DNA of 20,000 nt from an uncultured virus (IMG/VR IMGVR_UViG_3300006868_000018) (taxonomy: Duplodnaviria; Heunggongvirae; Uroviricota; Caudoviricetes): the IMG/VR virus record IMGVR_UViG_3300006868_000018, positions 53,915 through 73,914 of that record; one strand, written 5' to 3'. A model generated the notes under the pieces. That model ran no database searches, was not told the origin of the DNA, and saw only the letters and a list, made by a program, of their open reading frames with translations. Below are positions 16,101 to 20,000 of this stretch, one piece after another (the first letter of the stretch is position 1; each line of letters opens with the position of its first letter). A program made the position numbers and the translations under genes.

Positions 16101-18891
16101 TGGAGTAGACATTAACGATCTTCAAGTTGGTGCAACTTCATCTCAGGTAACAGGTACAAATACAACCACAACGGTAGATGTTAGTACACCTCGTATTACA
16201 GGTGTATCAGTAAACGTTTCTCAGGGGGAATGGGTTGTAACTGGTACTACTTCAAATACAGAGTCTTTGGGTACACAGTCCGAAATTGTTTCGCAAGGGA
16301 CAGAAGAATTTGTGACTACTGAAGTGAACGGTTGGGAAATTGTACCTTGGGGGCCGGGCGATGTATGGGAATTTGGTCAAGGTGGTAGAGACACGTTTGT
16401 TCGTGCGGGTGTGGGAGGTGCGTTTGGATCTATCGTAACTACGACTGATACTGTGACTACAACTGATATCGAAACAAGAGAACAGTTCGAGACCGTCACA
16501 AACACCAGTTTGGCACAAACAACTACGACATCTACTGATACTGAGTGGACCACAGATACAACTACCACAACATCAACTAGTACAACCACAACGGTTAACC
16601 GTGTGGCTGGTGAACATACAATTAGAGAAACTGTGGGTACTAACGTTATCGACGTTCTTACTATTCCTTTCATGCGTTCTCGTGTGGTAAGTTTCCGTGG
16701 TACTGGTCTCAGACCGAACACTCGTTACTTCCCATTCTTTGACCAAACTTACGTTGGTACATTCATCAAAGGAACTACAGATTTCGAAAGAATTTCGCAA
16801 CGTAATCCTGAGTTCCGTAGAACTAACCTAATTCCTTCGGTTGGTCACAGTGAAGATGTCGCCGATGCACTTCTTCTTTCTGATGCAAACGGTACAGTAA
16901 CAGGTGAGTTTGAGATTCCTAATAACAGTGCTATGCGATTCCAATGTGGTACAAGAGAATTTGCATTGATCGACATTAGTGTGTATAATAAGGATGAGTC
17001 TCTCTCATTCGCAACGGCGTTGTATGATGCGGTTGGTCACATCGATGTAATGCAAGACACGGTTCATAGTACACGTGTATTGGAGATTGTCGGTGAGTCC
17101 ACTACAGTAGAAGACGTGAATTCAAATACAGAATCTACTGTTACGACAAGTAACGCTATTACGTCAAGTACTGCTACAGACATTCAGACAGAATCTACTA
17201 TCACCGAAACTGTAACGAACACAACAGAAACGGATACGGTAACGGACGTAACAGTCGTACCAATTCCACCTCCTGTCTATAGTGACCCTCTCGCACAGAC
17301 GTTCTCTATTGACGAACAGAACGGTATATTTGCGACTGAGATTGAAGTTTACTTTGCAACTAAGGATGCGGGAGACATTCCGGTTCAATTGCAACTTAGA
17401 CCAGTTGTGAATGGTGTACCTAGTGCACATACTATTGTGCCTGGATCTACTGTATTCAAAACTCCCGCTCAGGTTACTGCGATCAAAGATCCGGATGATG
17501 TAAATATTCAAGATCCAACTACTGCGGAAATGTTGGCGAATGGAACGACATTTAAATTTGATGAACCGATCTTCCTGAAAGGTAGGACAGAGTATGCAAT
17601 CGTTCTTATCTCTGCCTCGATGGAATACAAGGTGTTCATCTCACACGTGACCGATTTCGAACTTGGATCTACAGAGAAGAGAATTGCGAAACAACCATAC
17701 TTGGGATCGTTGTTCAAGTCTCAGAACTCTACGTTGTGGGAACCTTCTCAGGACGAAGACCTTGCATTTAAAATCAAGAGGGCGGACTTCGTTTCTCAGG
17801 GTAACGCATATCTTGAAAACGTTAATGTACCCCCATTGGTTCTGTCGAAGAATCCCTTCCGTAGTTACAACGGTAGTAATACAATCACCGTTATCAACAA
17901 GAACCACGGTTTGAGGTATGGTGACAAGACTAAGATTTTTGGACTTGACTCTTCGACAACTTACAACGGTATTCTTGGTTCGGACATTATGGGTGAAAGA
18001 CTCGTTACCCGTGTAGACGGAACTGCATTCCAGTTCGCCGCTGACTCATCTGCAAATGCGGACGGAAGGTTTGGTGGTGGTAAGTGTACTGCACATACTA
18101 ACATGACTTTTGAAATTGTCAACCCCACAATTATGACAATGAAACCTGAGACAACTAACATTACTATGGTTGGTAAGTTCTTGTCACAATCTTCTCTGGT
18201 TGACTCTGCCGATGGTAGATTTAGTCAGTCCGCAGCTTGGCAACCATTGAAGAATGGTTCGAACTATTACTTTGATGCACCTAGGATGATTGCGAATAGA
18301 ATGAATGAGGCGGACGAATTGGGTGTCTATTCATATCCCAAGTCTTCGGTAATCAGGATGTACATGACTACAACTGACAGTAGGGTTTCTCCGGTAATCG
18401 ACATGCAACGTGCGGGTCTGACTCTTGTTGGTAACTTGATTGACAAACAAGATTCTGCTGCTACGAATGGTTTCAACGTACCAATTAGTTGGGTTGATGA
18501 AAGACACCCATTCGCCGGTACGCACCTTGCAAAACACGTTACAATTCCAGTAACTCTGGAACAGGATGCAATTGGACTTAAAATCATACTGGCTGCAAAC
18601 AGACACCCCTCAACAGATTTCGATGTCTATTACAAGACTACTGATGCGGAAAGTGGACTGTTGAACAGTTCTTGGGTTCCTGCATATTCGGACAATACAA
18701 TGCCTACCGATACCAACCCGTCAATCTATCGTGAGTATCGATACACGATTGGTGGTTTTGGGGATACCAACAATACAGGTGGTACTGACTTGACTGCGTT
18801 CCGGAAGTTCCAAGTAAAGATTGTTTTCAAATCAACAAATAGTGCGAAGGTTCCAATCGTTCGAGACTTGAGGGTCATCGCTGTAATTTAA
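13174..18891 (+). CDS. Large virion structural protein, VrlC-like / DUF4815 family
   Basis: 1905 aa directly after gp8. N-terminal DDF...NYHRILFNSGRALQARELTQLQTIIQ, SPGADRYRI, YTMEDIGKLDKRIDKVE, KSGFFVDNF, DPLAQTF, SLFKSQN..W...Q.EDL.F and C-terminal F..FQVKIV...P.VRDLRVIA are typical of this family in T4-like aquatic phages. Confidence 0.85.
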   Translation: MVKPYTEQIFRTSYKDDFKDSDNYHRILFNSGRALQARELTQLQTIIQSEIERFASNIFVDGAPVNPGGMSHYNDLPFIKIAATTPLPADKTTLRNVILTGGQSGLKVKVVHAIAADTNTGDPETLYVQYLDAGDQADSDGFGGPVLATNPRVTPGETLTGNIGLSAVAFDVQTTNTSTNPAIGLGNLFEVNAGSFYVQGHFVFNENQIIVTQKYAQNFTGEVGFKVTQDIVTSSDNEALFDNQGATPNRSSPGADRYRIRLTLIKKTDLAADENYVRAANIYLGVITSQAKKVDGFNSVKDFVAVRNKEISGNFIKKYFKANFTPNDDDTFKLKVTPGTAYINGYRVDIRAPSTLLVDRPKQTYTFNNESVPVDYGNYFVVSNTAGGQGMPDFGSCEEMTLYDSANLGGTAIGTCRARAITEWQNGLYKLHVFNIRITTANKSSRDVRSFGSAGTYYNNYVANNQTLFDTKKKKLMFDLPFPRPQSFSDMSVTGQRVKSGTADGSGNVTITLTSLDEAFTNTGDWVIASSTDAFVTGWTVSVGGGGNTATISGLSSGTIYEIATYVRKSNATIRSKTLQETTTTATLDSDGNGNKYIELGKSDIYQLLRVRKYDSDGDNIFGNFILDTGLKDTHYDDGRLIYKNTGLDSDQEPVFVRYKYFEHGNGDFFAVNSYTGQVNYRDIPVHRTDDGRLVSLRDVVDFRPATNGSGSFNVVNELPQPSDLVSADVAYYVGRKDKLILSQNGELRYLQGVPELDPSFPTTPVDCIDLYKFHLEPFTLHTKDLKSRLLPMKGYTMEDIGKLDKRIDKVEEMATLSLLELSTLSLQVQDSNGLSRTKSGFFVDNFANHLFSDTKNVEYRASLDPQEKLLRPSHRTHNIDLFWDSAQAAQDAVTKKGDLILLDYTEVNWLEQPVASRTENLNPFHIEKIEGHIDLSPASDHWRETEIAAPHVIDQGAVLDTSQAVLWNSHQWDWGGVDINDLQVGATSSQVTGTNTTTTVDVSTPRITGVSVNVSQGEWVVTGTTSNTESLGTQSEIVSQGTEEFVTTEVNGWEIVPWGPGDVWEFGQGGRDTFVRAGVGGAFGSIVTTTDTVTTTDIETREQFETVTNTSLAQTTTTSTDTEWTTDTTTTTSTSTTTTVNRVAGEHTIRETVGTNVIDVLTIPFMRSRVVSFRGTGLRPNTRYFPFFDQTYVGTFIKGTTDFERISQRNPEFRRTNLIPSVGHSEDVADALLLSDANGTVTGEFEIPNNSAMRFQCGTREFALIDISVYNKDESLSFATALYDAVGHIDVMQDTVHSTRVLEIVGESTTVEDVNSNTESTVTTSNAITSSTATDIQTESTITETVTNTTETDTVTDVTVVPIPPPVYSDPLAQTFSIDEQNGIFATEIEVYFATKDAGDIPVQLQLRPVVNGVPSAHTIVPGSTVFKTPAQVTAIKDPDDVNIQDPTTAEMLANGTTFKFDEPIFLKGRTEYAIVLISASMEYKVFISHVTDFELGSTEKRIAKQPYLGSLFKSQNSTLWEPSQDEDLAFKIKRADFVSQGNAYLENVNVPPLVLSKNPFRSYNGSNTITVINKNHGLRYGDKTKIFGLDSSTTYNGILGSDIMGERLVTRVDGTAFQFAADSSANADGRFGGGKCTAHTNMTFEIVNPTIMTMKPETTNITMVGKFLSQSSLVDSADGRFSQSAAWQPLKNGSNYYFDAPRMIANRMNEADELGVYSYPKSSVIRMYMTTTDSRVSPVIDMQRAGLTLVGNLIDKQDSAATNGFNVPISWVDERHPFAGTHLAKHVTIPVTLEQDAIGLKIILAANRHPSTDFDVYYKTTDAESGLLNSSWVPAYSDNTMPTDTNPSIYREYRYTIGGFGDTNNTGGTDLTAFRKFQVKIVFKSTNSAKVPIVRDLRVIAVI
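16161..16595 (+). repeat. 15-bp perfect direct repeat (TACAACCACAACGGT) at 16161-16175 and 16581-16595 flanking a Thr-rich segment
   Basis: Both copies read directly from the sequence. Spacing is 420 nt (140 codons, same frame). Confidence 0.8.
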
Positions 18892-18899
18892 GGTACGTA

Positions 18900-19124
18900 A
18901 TGAGTAAATTGACGAAGATAGAAGACGCTGATGGTTTTTTCCGAAATCAGTCTGGGGTTGTGGTTAATATAAATAAAGAAGACGTTGCATTAACACAACA
19001 AAGAAGACAGAAACGAAAAGACCAAGAAGCGGAACATGTTCACATGGTCGAAACTGTAAAATCATTGGAAGAGGAGATGAGTGAAATTAAATCCCTTCTT
19101 TCGCAACTAGTAGAGAAATTATAG
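18900..19124 (+). CDS. Small conserved-type coiled-coil hypothetical protein
   Basis: 74 aa: K.IE...FFRNQSGVVVNIN..., basic middle, C-terminal heptads VKSLEEEMSEIKSLLSQLV. Similar small ORFs typically follow the VrlC-like gene in T4-like phages. AAGG precedes the ATG. Confidence 0.75.
   Translation: MSKLTKIEDADGFFRNQSGVVVNINKEDVALTQQRRQKRKDQEAEHVHMVETVKSLEEEMSEIKSLLSQLVEKL
18968..18975 (+). promoter_or_regulatory. T4-type late promoter inside the small ORF, likely driving the fibre gene
   Basis: Exact TATAAATA about 150 nt upstream of the ATG at 19125. Confidence 0.6.
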
Positions 19125-20000
19125 ATGGCACGCCCTATTACACTCATAACAGATACGTTTAAGGTACTTAGAGATAACATCAATACTATCTCTAATAACG
19201 TTGGCGATCCGGATCTTCTAACCACAACGACGAGAGCGTTCACTCTAGGAAACACTGGGGTCGCGCAAAGATCAGACTCTTCTGATGTTGTTAGTGCGTT
19301 AAACGAACTCGACTCTGACCTTCACGGTGCAGGCGGTGGTGATGTAAAGAATGATCTGAACTACATCTCCTACGCAATCAATCGTGTCCGTGATAGTGGT
19401 ATGACGGGTGCAATGAACGCTATCGATGCATATATCGGTGGTGACTCAGATACTCTAAATGTTGAAGCGAACACGATCAAAGATGCGATCAACGAGATCG
19501 AAGCGGTCTTTGACGCAAGTACACTCAAGATTAATGCGGGAGGTGACTTCCGATTTGATGGTGCGGGTGACCTAGAGGTTAACTTAGATGGAGGGGATGT
19601 TACCTTCCTCAGTGACTCCGATCAGTACGCACATTTTAATCTTAGAGACAGTGCCGCCGATTTTGTACAAACATACACCCACAGTCTCAGGATTAGAACT
19701 GCGGACTCTGCGGCCGGTAACGTATACTTAGATGCGGGGGGAGACATTACTCTCGACGCAGACGGAGGTAACGTATATCTTAAGGACGGTGGTGCAACGC
19801 ATTTTGACTACTCTCTGGGTTCAACCAACACGGTAACAGTAACCGGAAACTTGACACATGATGTTTCTGGTGATATAGTACTGGACGCCGGTACTCTTAA
19901 CATAGATTTCTTAGGGGCGGGGACAACACGTTTCGCCTATGGTCTTGGTGCATCTAACACACTAGATGTCACAGGTAATCTTTCCGAAGTGGTTTCAGGA
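19125..20000 (+). CDS. Tail fibre / fibritin-like virion protein (3'-truncated; not in ORF track)
   Basis: ATG immediately follows the TAG at 19122-19124, and the frame is open for 292 codons to the window end: MARPITLITDTFKVLRDNINTISNNVGDPDLLTT...VVSALNELDSD...IKDAINEIE...GDITLDADGGNVYLKDGG.... It has A(I/L)NE helical repeats, then ~44-aa beta-type repeats. Confidence 0.8.
   Translation, partial: MARPITLITDTFKVLRDNINTISNNVGDPDLLTTTTRAFTLGNTGVAQRSDSSDVVSALNELDSDLHGAGGGDVKNDLNYISYAINRVRDSGMTGAMNAIDAYIGGDSDTLNVEANTIKDAINEIEAVFDASTLKINAGGDFRFDGAGDLEVNLDGGDVTFLSDSDQYAHFNLRDSAADFVQTYTHSLRIRTADSAAGNVYLDAGGDITLDADGGNVYLKDGGATHFDYSLGSTNTVTVTGNLTHDVSGDIVLDAGTLNIDFLGAGTTRFAYGLGASNTLDVTGNLSEVVSG

Noticed and set aside
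16140..16600. CRISPR array, DGR variable repeat or DNA tandem repeat in the ACN-rich region
   Set aside because: Low complexity comes from Thr codons with varied third positions. There is no regular repeat-spacer period and no template/variable repeat pair or reverse transcriptase in the window.
690..19255. Numerous short minus-strand and alternate-frame ORFs (60-158 aa) in the ORF track
   Set aside because: All lie within long plus-strand genes with clear phage motifs. They show no recognisable domains and look like antisense or frame shadows.
1..20000. Bacterial contractile injection system (T6SS/eCIS/tailocin) interpretation
   Set aside because: T4-specific gp53/gp6/gp7/gp8 sequences, the VrlC-like gene and T4 late promoters point to a T4-like phage.
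1..20000. Stop-codon reassignment explaining the split gp5
   Set aside because: The splits are TAATG overlaps that change frame. TAA, TGA (6673-6675) and TAG (19122-19124) all act as normal stops and coding density is near complete under the standard code.
1..20000. tRNA, rRNA or structured ncRNA genes
   Set aside because: Intergenic gaps are all under ~45 nt, leaving no room, and no such motifs were recognised.

Overview
A 20 kb, all plus-strand, tightly packed late operon from a T4-like (Tevenvirinae/Kyanoviridae-style, probably aquatic) myophage encoding baseplate and tail-tip proteins. Gene order: gp53 (5'-truncated), putative hub protein, a gp5 split into separate genes (OB-fold + lysozyme-like; helical + amidase; beta-helix needle), an M15-peptidase-like gene, gp25, gp6, gp7-like, gp9/gp10-like, gp8, a 1905-aa VrlC/DUF4815-like structural protein, a small coiled-coil ORF and the start of a fibre gene (19125 to the window end, missing from the ORF track). 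Three exact T4 late promoters (TATAAATA) are present. Two signals stand out. (1) The tail spike is fragmented and carries three different peptidoglycan-hydrolase folds, two apparently lacking catalytic residues. (2) An Asp-Ser-(Asp/Ala/Ser) tripeptide recurs throughout the outer baseplate and fibre proteins with varied codons, which suggests a modification sequon such as virion O-glycosylation. All family calls come from motifs recognised by eye; no searches were run.
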